Shown: in pieces, positions 24,749 through 35,299 of the stretch
Position numbering within the stretch: the first letter of the stretch is position 1
Layout of the letters: each line of letters begins with the position of its first letter
Assembly (NCBI RefSeq): GCF_963921235.1
Contig: NC_086097.1
Coordinates: 72,852,001-72,916,000, forward strand
Reading direction: 5' to 3'
DNA: 64,000 nt
Origin: Mobula hypostoma
Lineage: Eukaryota
Translations under genes and position numbers: made by a program
The notes under the pieces: generated by a model
Seen by the model: only the letters and a program-made list of their open reading frames with translations
What the model was told of the DNA's origin: nothing
The model's database searches: none

Positions 24749-27589
24749 TTAATAATCCCTTAGACCAGGCTCCAACTCAGCAAACTTCATAGTGGCCAAA
24801 AACACTGATGAATTGCGACCAATGTAACCTCTCATTTGGTTTTGTCCCGGACCACAATAACAAGGGTCGTCCCATTCCGACTCAGTTTTCTCTCGCAAGG
24901 GCTTAGTAGGAGGGGGACGGGTATTGACCGCAGAGTTATTGCAAAACTTCCTGCAGTACCCCACCATCTCCAAAAGCCTTCTGAGGGCCCTCTTGTCTGT
25001 CGGGGTTGGGAGGTCAGCGATAGCCTGCACTGTAGCTTGCATCACTGCCAGCTGCCCCTGTGTCACCACAATTCCCAGGTAAGTGACATTCGTGTGGCCG
25101 AATTCATTTTTTCCAAGGTTCACTATCAAGCTGGCTTCAGACAGCCGTGTTAAATTGCCAATACACACCTCTGTGTTCATCAGCCCTTTAGTCACTGAAT
25201 TACTCAAAAAATATGGGTGTTGTTTACTTGGCCGCCCTATTGTAACCGACATAACCCAACGTCCCAGTTCTTTGCATTTCCTCGGGACAATCAAACACAT
25301 GGGTGCGAGTCGTTTAATTACTCCTTCGGGGATTAAGGGATAGACCTTATCAGTAGACCTGGCCAAAACAATAGCCTTCTCCCATCTGACCGATCCCATC
25401 CTAATCTTTTCAAAATGGTTTTTTCCTCTTATCAAGGGGCCCCTAGCTTCATTGATTTCCACGCTAACACCGACTAGGTTTGTTAGCATATCAAAAGCCG
25501 GTGACCGTCTCAGTTCGCGTCGGTCATGATCAATAACATTTTTCCCCCTGGGCAGCCGGTAACTCTCTTTCATGATTCCACCAACTGTTTCCTCCAGCAC
25601 CGCAAAATGTCCACCGGGGGGTACCTCGTGGGCCATGTTAAAAACCTCATCCCCATAACTCTTTTGCACCACCCCCCATTCCTCATCTGCGGGTACTGTA
25701 CTTGATTTCCCTTTCTTCTTTAGCACTTCCTCATCCGCACAATAGCTTGTCAAGGTTGTGTCAGAGAGAGCGGTCTCGGCAAAAACCATCAGCCCCTCGT
25801 CTCGCTCCTGCGTCTGCACAAATTCTTTCCTGGCTACTGCTACGTCCGTCCCAGCTCCCTCACTACCTCTTATCTCACTACACCCTGTCTCATACAAGGT
25901 TGGCAGAAATGTTTCAGCCAAATTCACCATCGCGGGCGGGGCCTCCATGCTGGCAGGCTGACCCGTCAATCTCACGACTGGGAACACGATTCCTCCGGCG
26001 ATGTCATTACCGAGCAAGACTTCCACGTCTTTCATCGGTAATTCGGACCTCACCCCAATCGTGACTAGTCCAGAGACCAGGTTGCTCTGTAAATGTATCT
26101 GGTGCAAAGGGACTGACTCTGTCCCTTCCCCAACACCTTTGACCTCTACCTCCCCAGTCTGGGTCTCTGAGCTAAACTCTAATACACTCTTCAGTATTAG
26201 TGACTGACACGCTCCCGTGTCTCTCCAGATCCGCACTGGAACTGGTTTTAACCTCTTTTTCACTGACACCAGTCCGGCCGAGATAAACCTCTCGCGCCCT
26301 TCCTGGACTTTTTCAGACCTGTCCTTCCCTAGCGGTTCGCTTAACAGCTCAATACAGCCATTCAAAATTTCCGCTTTTCCTTTCCCCGTCTCCTTCCTTG
26401 GGGCAAAGCACCTGGACGCAAAGTGTCCGACTTTCCCACAATTATAACAGACGACCCCAGGAGACTTCCTACCAGACTGCTCCCGGTCTACCTTATCCTT
26501 TTCACTAGTCCCCGGCTTACTTTCTGACTTTTCCGGTGGACTCCCCCCGCCGTCCTGACTACCCTTCTGGTAGCCTTTACTCGGGGCAAACTTCATTTTA
26601 TGCGTCAACGCATACTCATCCGCTAACTTAGCAGTTGCGGCTAACGTGGCTGCCTCTTTCTCATCGAGGTAGGGTCTCATACCCTCAGGGACACAACCTT
26701 TAAACTGCTCAATCAGAATCAGCTGCAGCAGTCTGTCATAATCCCCCTCTACCCCCTTCGAGGCGCACCAACGCTCACAACATGTTTGCATCTCGCGAGC
26801 AAACTCCAAATACGTGCGGTCCCACTGCTTCCTCACATTCCGGAACCTCTGCCGGTATGCCTCCGGGACCAACTCATAAATCCTGAGGATGGCCTCCTTC
26901 ACCACCTCATACTTCTGGGCATCTTCCGCGGATAAGGCGGAGTAAGCTTGTTGGGCCTTCCCTTTCAGTACACTCTGAAGTAAGACAACCCACTTATCCC
27001 TCGGCCATTCCTGACTTATAGCTACTTTTTCGAAGTGGAGAAAGTACCGATCCACATCGGTATCGTCAAATGGGGGAACCAGCCTAACCTCCTGGGTCGC
27101 CCGGAACCCTCCACCTTGGTTCGGCACGAGCCCCTGCTCGGCCCTTATCTTTAACTTCTCCAGCTCAAATTCCCTTTCCCTCTGTTTCTCCTCTCTCTCC
27201 AACTGTCTGTCCCTCTCTCTCTCTTCTCTCTCCAACTGTCTGTCCCTCTCCTGCCTTTCTAACTCTCTCTCTTTCTCCTGCCTTTCTAACTGCTTCTCTT
27301 CGTGTTCTAACTGCCGTACCCGGAACTCGTGCTCGAGTCTCAGTTTTTCAAGCTGTACCTGTACCGCGTCTCCAGCAGGTTTTTCAATAGACACCTCCCC
27401 CAGCTCACCTTGGGGAAACACACCTTTAGATACATAGTGCTCTACAATAGCTCTGTGTATCTCCTCTCTCCTCATTGTCGACTTCACCTTAGCAAGATTC
27501 ACCCGTTTTGCCACAGCTATCAATTCCGATTTCCTGGCATCCTCTAATGCCTCCAAGGTCGGCGCCTTTATAAATTCCTCAACCTCCAT
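24749..27589 (-). CDS. gag-pol: Gag-protease polyprotein with degenerate IN/RT/RNase H remnants (946 aa)
   Basis: E/R/Q coiled coil (aa 80-150); capsid/SCAN-like region VPPF..YFLHFEKVA..WP..ELVPEAYRQRFR (aa 170-330); CCHC knuckle CYNCGKVGHFASRC (381-394); protease RDTGA (456-460) and LLGNDIAG; IN Zn-finger remnant AHEVPPGGH (653-661); RT remnants QHPY, EVCIGNL in place of YxDD (809-812), NLGKNEFGHTNVTYLG, LRRLLEMVGYCRKF. Confidence 0.9.
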   Translation of the reverse strand: MEVEEFIKAPTLEALEDARKSELIAVAKRVNLAKVKSTMRREEIHRAIVEHYVSKGVFPQGELGEVSIEKPAGDAVQVQLEKLRLEHEFRVRQLEHEEKQLERQEKERELERQERDRQLEREERERDRQLEREEKQREREFELEKLKIRAEQGLVPNQGGGFRATQEVRLVPPFDDTDVDRYFLHFEKVAISQEWPRDKWVVLLQSVLKGKAQQAYSALSAEDAQKYEVVKEAILRIYELVPEAYRQRFRNVRKQWDRTYLEFAREMQTCCERWCASKGVEGDYDRLLQLILIEQFKGCVPEGMRPYLDEKEAATLAATAKLADEYALTHKMKFAPSKGYQKGSQDGGGSPPEKSESKPGTSEKDKVDREQSGRKSPGVVCYNCGKVGHFASRCFAPRKETGKGKAEILNGCIELLSEPLGKDRSEKVQEGRERFISAGLVSVKKRLKPVPVRIWRDTGACQSLILKSVLEFSSETQTGEVEVKGVGEGTESVPLHQIHLQSNLVSGLVTIGVRSELPMKDVEVLLGNDIAGGIVFPVVRLTGQPASMEAPPAMVNLAETFLPTLYETGCSEIRGSEGAGTDVAVARKEFVQTQERDEGLMVFAETALSDTTLTSYCADEEVLKKKGKSSTVPADEEWGVVQKSYGDEVFNMAHEVPPGGHFAVLEETVGGIMKESYRLPRGKNVIDHDRRELRRSPAFDMLTNLVGVSVEINEARGPLIRGKNHFEKIRMGSVRWEKAIVLARSTDKVYPLIPEGVIKRLAPMCLIVPRKCKELGRWVMSVTIGRPSKQHPYFLSNSVTKGLMNTEVCIGNLTRLSEASLIVNLGKNEFGHTNVTYLGIVVTQGQLAVMQATVQAIADLPTPTDKRALRRLLEMVGYCRKFCNNSAVNTRPPPTKPLREKTESEWDDPCYCGPGQNQMRGYIGRNSSVFLATMKFAELEPGLRDY

Positions 27590-27663
27590 TTCTGCTGTTT
27601 GTCTTTTCTTTCTTTCGGGAATTTTAACCCAATCAATTTACTCCGTCCCAAATTTAGCGTTCA

Positions 27664-27685
27664 AAATCGCGGACGAGAACCCCAC
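27664..27685 (-). promoter_or_regulatory. primer binding site, tRNA-Pro-like
   Basis: Minus strand TGGGGTTCTCGTCCGCGATTT, 4 nt inside the 5' LTR; resembles the tRNA-Pro PBS TGGGGGCTCGTCCGGGAT. Confidence 0.75.
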
Positions 27686-27688
27686 TTA

Positions 27689-28525
27689 TGTTACGTACCC
27701 CGTAACTGGGTTGCCAAACCAGCAGAAATGGATCACTCAGTTGGAGTCTGGAGTACTAGAACTAAGAAAGTTTTATTAAAGAAACAAGCAACACAGTAAT
27801 CGAAAGGATAATAAATGCAACAATTCAACAATGATAACCACACATGTGCACAGAATTAAGATAACAGCATCAATCAAGCTCTATCGTTGTCTAGGGGTAA
27901 ATGACCAATTTCAAAATGACTCAAAGTTCAGTTCGCAGTAATCGTTGCCATGGCGATGGACAAGGTGGGGGAAGAGAGACAGAGAGAACAACTCATCATT
28001 CAGCACAGCTTCACTCACAGACCAGCGGGATGGCTCACAACCAGCTTTTGGGCAGGTCCTTGGTGATGTCACCTGAGGTCACCGACTGTGACCCCTCCTC
28101 CAGATGCGGTCGATCCTCTGCAGTGAACCCGGCACCCAGGCAAGGGCGGACACACACCGGGTTCCCGCTGATCGTACCTTTCCACCCTTGTCGTTGTCTG
28201 GGACTTCTCACCCACTCGTGAGAAGCGCACCGCTTCCAGGGTCTCGTTACCTCGGGTGGCGTGTGTCTGTCTTAGCGAACCTGTCCCTTTTTATCCCCCT
28301 GCTGGGGTATCGCCTGTCCATCACTTCAAACAGTTCAGGGTTCAAAGGAGGGGAGCCGCTCCAGACAGCTCTTCCTCCCACATCCCTTCATTACACATCT
28401 CCAGACGCTGCTCCATTGTTCCTTATCTCTCCTTCCCCTGAGGGCAGGTGGCAGACCAACTGCTGATGCCACTGATGCTAGCCCAGGCCAGCAAACATCT
28501 TAATTTTATGTGTATTCTCGTAACA
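27689..28525 (-). repeat. 5' LTR
   Basis: Direct repeat of 23740-24576; adjacent to the PBS and followed on + by TSD CCAA. Confidence 0.95.
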
Positions 28526-30191
28526 CCAACTACATATTTGCCAGAAAACAGCCTGTCGCGATCCACACTTTCCAGATCCTTTCTGATACCATCAAAATTG
28601 GCCTTTCTCCTATTTAGAATCTCAGCCCGAGTACCAGACTATCCCTTTCCATAATTACCCTGAAACTAACAGCATTATTATCATTAGATACAAAGCATTA
28701 CCCTACACAATCTTCTGTCACCTGCCCTGGCTCATTCCCTAATAGGAGATCAAGTATTGCACTCTCTGTAGTTGGGACTTCTATGTACTAATTCAGGAAA
28801 CTTTCCTGAATATATTTGGCAGACTCTTTGCCATCCAGCCCATTTACAGTATGGGAGTCCCAGTCAATACGTGGAAAGTTAAAATCACCTACTATCACAA
28901 CATTATGTTTCTCGCAACAGTCTGCGAACTCTCTGCAAAATTGCTCCTCTAAGTCCTGCATACTGTTGTGTGATCTATTAAATAATCCCATTCATGTGGT
29001 CATACCATTCTTGATCCTCAGTTTTATCCATAAAGTCTCACTGGATGAGCTCTCCAGTCTGTCCTGACTGAGCTCTGTCATGATATTTTCCCTGACTAGT
29101 TTCCCTCCTCTTTTAATCCCTTCTGCTCTATCATGTCTAAAGAAAATGGAACTCGAAAATATTGAGCGCCAGTCCTGCCCGTCCTGTCTCACTAATGCCT
29201 ATGATGTCATAATTCCACATACTGATCCATGCCCTAAGCTTTTCCCCCTTTCCTACAATACTCCTTGCATTAAAATATACACAGCTCAGAACGTTAGTCC
29301 CATCATGCTCAACCTTTTGATTCCTGACTTTGTATGTAAGTTGGAAAATCTTTCTCCACAACCACTCCACTATCTGTTCTGGTGCTCTAGTTCCCATCCT
29401 CCTGAAACTCTAGTTTAAACCCCCTGCATGGTCCTAGCAAAGCTTTTCACTAGGATATTAGCACCCCCCCCACCCTCCATGTCAGATACAAACCATTCCT
29501 TCTGTACAGGTCCCACCTATCTTAGAAGAGAGCCCAATGATCCAACAATCTGAAGCCCTCGCTCCTGCCCCAACTCCTTAGCCTTATTTTAATCTACACA
29601 ATCTTCCTGTCTCTGGCCTCCTTAGTAAGTGGCATGGATAGCAATACTGAGATCTCAACTCTGGAGGTCCTGTCCTTTAACTTGGCACCTAACCCACTTT
29701 GCAGGATCTCGTCACCACACCTACCCATGTCATTGGTACCGATGTGGACCATGACCTCTGGCTGTTCACCTTCCACTTAAGAATGCTGTGTACATGATCC
29801 TCAATGTCCCTAGTTCTGGCACCCGGGAGGCAACAAACTATCAGGGGATCTCATTCTCATCCATACAGCCTCCTTTCTGTTCCCTTAACCAATGAATCCC
29901 CTGTCACTACAGCTCGCCTCTTCTCCCCACCCCTTCCCTTCTGAGCCACAGAGCCAGACTCAGTGCCTGAGACCTGACCAGTGTAAAAGAGGGTAAACAA
30001 GTTGCATAGAGTAGGAGGGATGAAGAAAGATGCCTGAGATACCAAGGAAACCAAGGTAGTTCAGATGATGTAATTTTCAGTTTTGCCCAGTCAATAGGGC
30101 AAATATAGGAGGGATGGGCAGGAGCTGGGAGATACAAAAGTTTGAACAACTTTTACATTCTGTATCTTGCAGTTACACTATATTTGAACTG

Positions 30192-30495
30192 GGTGCCTCA
30201 GTAGCATAATGGTTAGTGCAATGCTATTACAGCTCCGGGCGTTCCAGAGTTTGGAGTTCAATTCCAGCGCCATTCTATAAGGAGTCTCTGCACGTCCTCC
30301 CCATGGAATGCATAGGACTTCCTCGGGTGCTCTGCTTTCCTCCCACAGTCCAAAGGTGTTCCGGGTAGGTTAATTGGTCATTGTAAATCGTCTCATGAAT
30401 GGGGTTAGAGTTAATTGGGTTTGTTGGCAGTTCCTGGGGCAGAAGGACCTACTCCACGCTGCGTTGTTAAAATAAAAATAAATAAATAAATAAAT
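30192..30495 (+). mobile_element. tRNA-derived V-SINE
   Basis: A box TAGCATAATGG, B box GAGTTCAATTCC, V-domain-like GGGTGCTCTGCTTTCCTCCCACAGTCCAAAG...TTAATTGGTCATTGTAAAT, (AAAT)n tail. Confidence 0.8.
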
Positions 30496-31099
30496 GTTTT
30501 AAAATTTATTTTCCTCCATCCAGCTGCCCTTAGTTATCTATTTACATTGGCACTAAAATCATTGAATAAGCCTGATATTCATTCTCTCCAGCCTGCCGCT
30601 CTCTACATCTTAATCACAATTCTTTTTCCCTTCCCGAGTTCTGATGAAGAGTCATTGATTTGAAATTATTTTAACTTTTTCATTGCCAGTGCACAATAGG
30701 CACCAATGCAAACCACATTGAGAAGTAATGTCAAAGAGTTAATGCAGCATAGTAGTGGCTATTTGGTCTATCCGTTCCATGCTGGCTTTTTGTAGATTAA
30801 TCCAAGTAAGCTCATATCCTTGTCCTTTTTTTTTGCTAAATTCTTATCTAGTTTCCCTCTGAAATCATTGGCTGTCTTTCCTGTTGCAGGCAGCAAATTC
30901 CTGACTATTGTAAAGATCTCTTCCACCTCATTGATCTTAAAACAGTGCCAGCTTTTCATTGTCTACCTTAGATAAACTAGTACTCATGCATTTCTATTAA
31001 ACCTACCTTAAACTTCCAAGGAAATCACCGTAGCTTCTTAAGTCACCTTGTAGTTAAATTCCTGGAGCAGTTCTGATAAAGATATTTTCATCAACAATA

Positions 31100-31310
31100 G
31101 AATATCTTGGAAGCACTCTCCGGATCAGGCAACATTTCTGAAAAGGCTAATAAAGTTAATGATTCAATGGAGCACCTTTCAATCTTTGAAGGGTCTTCAA
31201 ACTGAAAAGTTGACTCTGTTTTACTTTCCATGAATGATGTCAGACCTCTTGCATGTTTCTTGGATATTTTGTATCTTTTTCAGATTTCCAACATCTCCAG
31301 ACGTATTTTG
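31100..31310. mobile_element. decayed Penelope-type terminal repeat pair in inverted orientation
   Basis: The left arm (GATCAGGCAACATTTCTG) resembles 1480-1510; the right arm ends CAGATTTCCAACATCT like 2412-2430. Confidence 0.45.
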
Positions 31311-31429
31311 ATCTTGGTCTCTAATCCTTCTGAGGTGTAGTCATCAAAATTAGTTCTAGGACTCTAGTACTTGATTAGAATTTGAGTTTCAAAATAATTT
31401 ACCTGCTTTTGTTCTCTCTTTGTCCACAA

Positions 31430-31880
31430 TCAGTGAGGATAGACAGCAATGCCTCTGCCATGTTTATCCATCTTTCTGGTGCTCCACAAGGCTACATCCT
31501 CAGCCCTCTGCGTAACTCCCTGATCACTTATACCTGTGTATCCAGATACTGATCTAACTCTGTCTACAAGTTTACAGATGACACAATTGCAGTGGGCTGA
31601 ATCTGAAAAACAACCTTTTGGCATGGTGTCATGACAATGCCTTTTTCCTCAAAGTCAGCAAAACAAAAGAGCTGGGCCATTGTGTACATCAATAGTGGAG
31701 GTTGAAAGTGTTGAAAGCTTCAAGTTCTTTGGAATAAACATTATGAGTAACCTGTCCTTGTCTAACCATGTACACGGCACAGCCATGATTGCTCACCAAT
31801 GCTTTTGCTTTCTCAGGACGTTAAAGAAATTTGACGTGTCCCCTTTGACCATCACAATCTTTTATTGATGTACCTTGGAA
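31430..31880 (+). mobile_element. Rex1/Babar-type RT fragment
   Basis: GAPQGYILSPL, YKFTDDTIAVG, VESVESFKFFGINIMSNLS, CFLRTLKKF. Confidence 0.7.
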
Positions 31881-31885
31881 CTTAA

Positions 31886-32125
31886 TGTTGGCTATGGTGA
31901 TTTATAATCTGCTATTACGATATAGGGTTTGTCTAGTATAAACTGACAAGCTTTCTAAATTCCAACTACAATTCCAAATGATTCGTTCTTGATTGCGCCT
32001 GCTCTTTATTGGATTCCAGGAATAGAAAGGACTTCCCCTACTCATCATCCGTCACATGACATAATGTTACAGTTACACTGTGACTAGACACATGACATGC
32101 TAGCTGTACCTTGCACATAGTAACA
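31886..32125 (-). mobile_element. possible solo LTR
   Basis: TGTTGGCTATG...CATAGTAACA imperfect inverted ends and AATAAA on the minus strand (~32005); no clean TSD. Confidence 0.35.
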
Positions 32126-32289
32126 TACTCAATATGGGCAGCCTGGTCCTGCATTTATCGAATGTTCGCTTTCAACCTTTACTCTCTCTTTCACAGCCTT
32201 TTTTCAATGTGATATAATAATCTAAGCACTGACACAAGATCAGGAAGTACTTGAATCCCTGAGCATGACCTCAATTCGTTATAATTTCA

Positions 32290-32540
32290 GGTTTTGGCAC
32301 CTTGGTTATTGCCTGAACTTTAAGGACTTCTTATCTCATGTTCTCGCTATTTATTGCCATTTATTTATATTTGCATTTGCAGTTTGTTGTCTTCCTGCAC
32401 TCTGGTTGATCTTTCATTAATCCTGTTATAATTACTATTCTATAGTTTTGCTGAGTATTCCTGCACAACAATGAATCTCATTGTTGTATATGGTGACTTA
32501 TATGTACTTGGATTATAAAATTTATTTTGAACTTTTACTT
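32290..32540 (+). mobile_element. Rex1/L2-type 3' tail
   Basis: ...ATGAATCTCATTGTTGTATATGGTGACTTATATGTACTTGGATTATAAAATTTATTTTGAAC matches 63600-63665. Confidence 0.6.
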
Positions 32541-35299
32541 TTGATGGTTATAGCCTTTTGGCATCAATATTCAAACAAAGCCACACTCTTGACATTGCGA
32601 AGTTGCATTTGCTTGACTTCACCTTCATATTGTGCTCAGGTAAACTTCAAAACTCTTTCTCAGTAGCTTGGTCAGAATTTATTCATTTATCAGTATGTCT
32701 CAATTCATAAGGCACAGTCTAAAAGAACACCAAAATTCCAATACACAGTTGCTTGTGAATCATCTTGCCATCTTTCTGGATTCTTAACCCGAACAGCTTT
32801 CAACTATTTTAATTACTTTGAATTAAATTAATCTTCCAGTTTCTGCAGAACATCCTTTAAAAAAACAATCTATCACTTAGTGTTGTGCAAGAAGATTTGT
32901 CACCTTGCCATATGCTTTTTTTTCCCCAATCTCCCATTAGGAATATTGCTCTTTTTGATCATATATCACATTTCATTGCCTCTCTTCAACCTCGGGATGT
33001 CAGACCATTCATTAATCCAATATAAAAGCTGAATCATTCCCAAGGTTAGTCATGCACTCCTGATATAACCAATCATACTAGCTGCATTATCCAATTCCAA
33101 TTCAACAATGGCATAGCTAATAGTCCTGAGGTGAGTCAGTGCTGCTGTCCCTTGACACTGTGCTGTGAACACAAATATAGGCCTAGGGAAAAAGAAATCA
33201 CCTTTGGTGGTGCAAAGTCACCTAAAAGTAAGGGACGTTCGTCTTCTTTAAGACTCATGAAGAAATGTTGCCACTTTCATTGTGAATTTGCTTTTGCAAA
33301 GCCATTACAACACAATGTAAGATAATGATTTACTTGCAAGCCAACACCTTTAAACTACTTGCACATTAAGTTTTCAAGCTGTGAGTTTGAATGTTTCAGA
33401 CTGAATGTGGCAACATGATATTGCTGCAAATCCGACACACTATATGAATCTGCCGTCCAATCTGGATCACAGTGTGAACGCATTCATGGAAACAGGGTTA
33501 TAGAACTTACATGACACAGTTCATTTAAATAAAAATGCCAAATAAAAAGAGAACTTTTCCCCCCAAGACTCATCCATCTTTCATTGACTGTCCACTAGAA
33601 GCAGAGTTTGCTTATTTTTCTCCGTCAAACCCCATGATAATTCTGAAGTTTTTCAACCTCTAGCTAATCTTTTCTATTTTGAGGCTAGATGTTTTGTTTC
33701 TCTCGTCTTTGTAAGTAACCAAACTCTCAACGCTTTCGTGAGGCATTTATCGTCTTTATCTGAGAATTAGATTCAACTTCACTTTCACAACATTAAACTG
33801 CCATTTTAGAATTTAACAATGTTGGTTTGCCATTTCCCATTTCTTCACAGCCAGGTGTAATTTAACATCTGTGCATTGGACTTGAACAAGTTCTTTATTA
33901 GGAACAATTCTGTCAGTGCAAGAAGATCTGTTAACTTGGAATGTCATTCATTTTTGTGATATTTATATGTCCCAGCAGGGGTATGATAGTGTGTTCATAA
34001 TGCTGGAAAAATTACTTTGAAAGTAAATAAGTCCTGATGATTCTTTAGAAAGCATATGAAATTTTAGTTTAGTATTGCTGCTAATTATTACAACATAACA
34101 ATGTTTAATTTTGCTCTCCCCCCCCCCCCCCCATGTACCTATGTGATCTTCCATTCTGTTACTTGGTTGAGGTTCTCAGCAATTTTTTTTAATATAATGT
34201 TTCAATGAGCAACAATAAATGCACATTCACTGCTTAGTGCTATAACCTCATTTTCCAAATTCTTCTGTGGTACCGGATTATTTGTCCCAAACTTCCATGA
34301 AAAGAGAATTGCTGATGATGAAAAGTTTTATCTTGTATTTTGCCTGAACTATAATGTTAGCATGAAACACCAACATTGAGAGCCAATCTGGAAAATATCA
34401 GTATCGTTAAATTAACAAATGGTGAAAGGTACAAGTATATTTTGGGATTTCAGTTGACACAGGCAGGGATCAAAATATTTGCGTGTTATCAGTCTCTTGA
34501 AATAGAAGGAACTTTAGGGAGAGCAGTAAACACAGTTTCTGGTAGTTTTGTTTGGGTTTGACTAACAGAAATGATGGCATGCAGTAAAATAAGTGTGAAG
34601 TACACCAGCAGGGAATGTGCCCCTGTAGTTTCTCCAGAGCTATAGATCAAAATTATCCGCAGAAAAGCAAGATAAATTCTGCACATATCATACTTTATAC
34701 AGAGATTGCACATTCAGCAGAGATATAATACCTGTCCTCATTATTATTTGAATTTATTATTTTTCAATAAACTAAATTTAGAACAAACACTCAGTATCAT
34801 TTGATTTCCAGTTTTATTAATATTGATGAATATTTCAGTCATTAAAGCAATATCAGCTAGTAATTACTATTTACTAGACCACTCAAAAAAACACCTTTGT
34901 GCCTTCTTTATCCTTGGGTTCAGCCAATCTTAAAAATTCACATTGTCTTCACATCTTCTTGTTTGCCTCCAGTCTTAAGTTGGATCATCCATATCTAATG
35001 CTATTCCTTTTATTTCTTTTTGCCTTTTCTCCAGGCTTATTTATCTTTCATATGACAGTCCTCTTCCTACCTCTAGCCCCTCAGTTGGAATAAACTTTCC
35101 TGCATTTTCATCTTTTTGCTTCTGCCTAAATGCTGGAGACTGAAGCACACTTGAGTTGTTCAATCAGCAAAATGTTTATTACCTGATCTGTGGATTGAAA
35201 TCTGACCGAAGAACAACTTAAAAAAAATACAGCATGTGTTTTAATGGAACTGTCTCACAAATAGATCTGATTTTAATCTCCTGTGCATCAAAGTGGAGC

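Larger units (their letters stand above)
23740..28525 (-). mobile_element. young Gmr1-like Ty3/Gypsy LTR retrotransposon, non-autonomous derivative (4786 bp)
   Basis: Two 837-bp TGTTAC...GTAACA LTRs; TSD CCAA at 23736-23739 and 28526-28529; PBS and PPT adjacent to the LTRs; one internal 946-aa ORF. Confidence 0.95.
20822..29980 (-). mobile_element. CR1 LINE, decayed, interrupted by at least three later insertions
   Basis: ORF1 VVTGDSLVKG and VHIGTNDMG (29594-29900); ORF2 YFNARSIVGK, IVGDFNFP, KENPKDFYRY, RSNLEHCVQFFSP. The sequence rejoins across 20985-21633, 23440-23660 and 23740-28525. Confidence 0.85.

Noticed and set aside
27170..27320. CT-rich repeats as an independent microsatellite
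   Set aside because: They encode the E/R/Q coiled coil of Gag on the minus strand.
24749..27589. 946-aa ORF as a domesticated host SCAN/Gag gene
   Set aside because: It is flanked by near-identical LTRs, PBS, PPT and TSD, so it is a recent mobile insertion.
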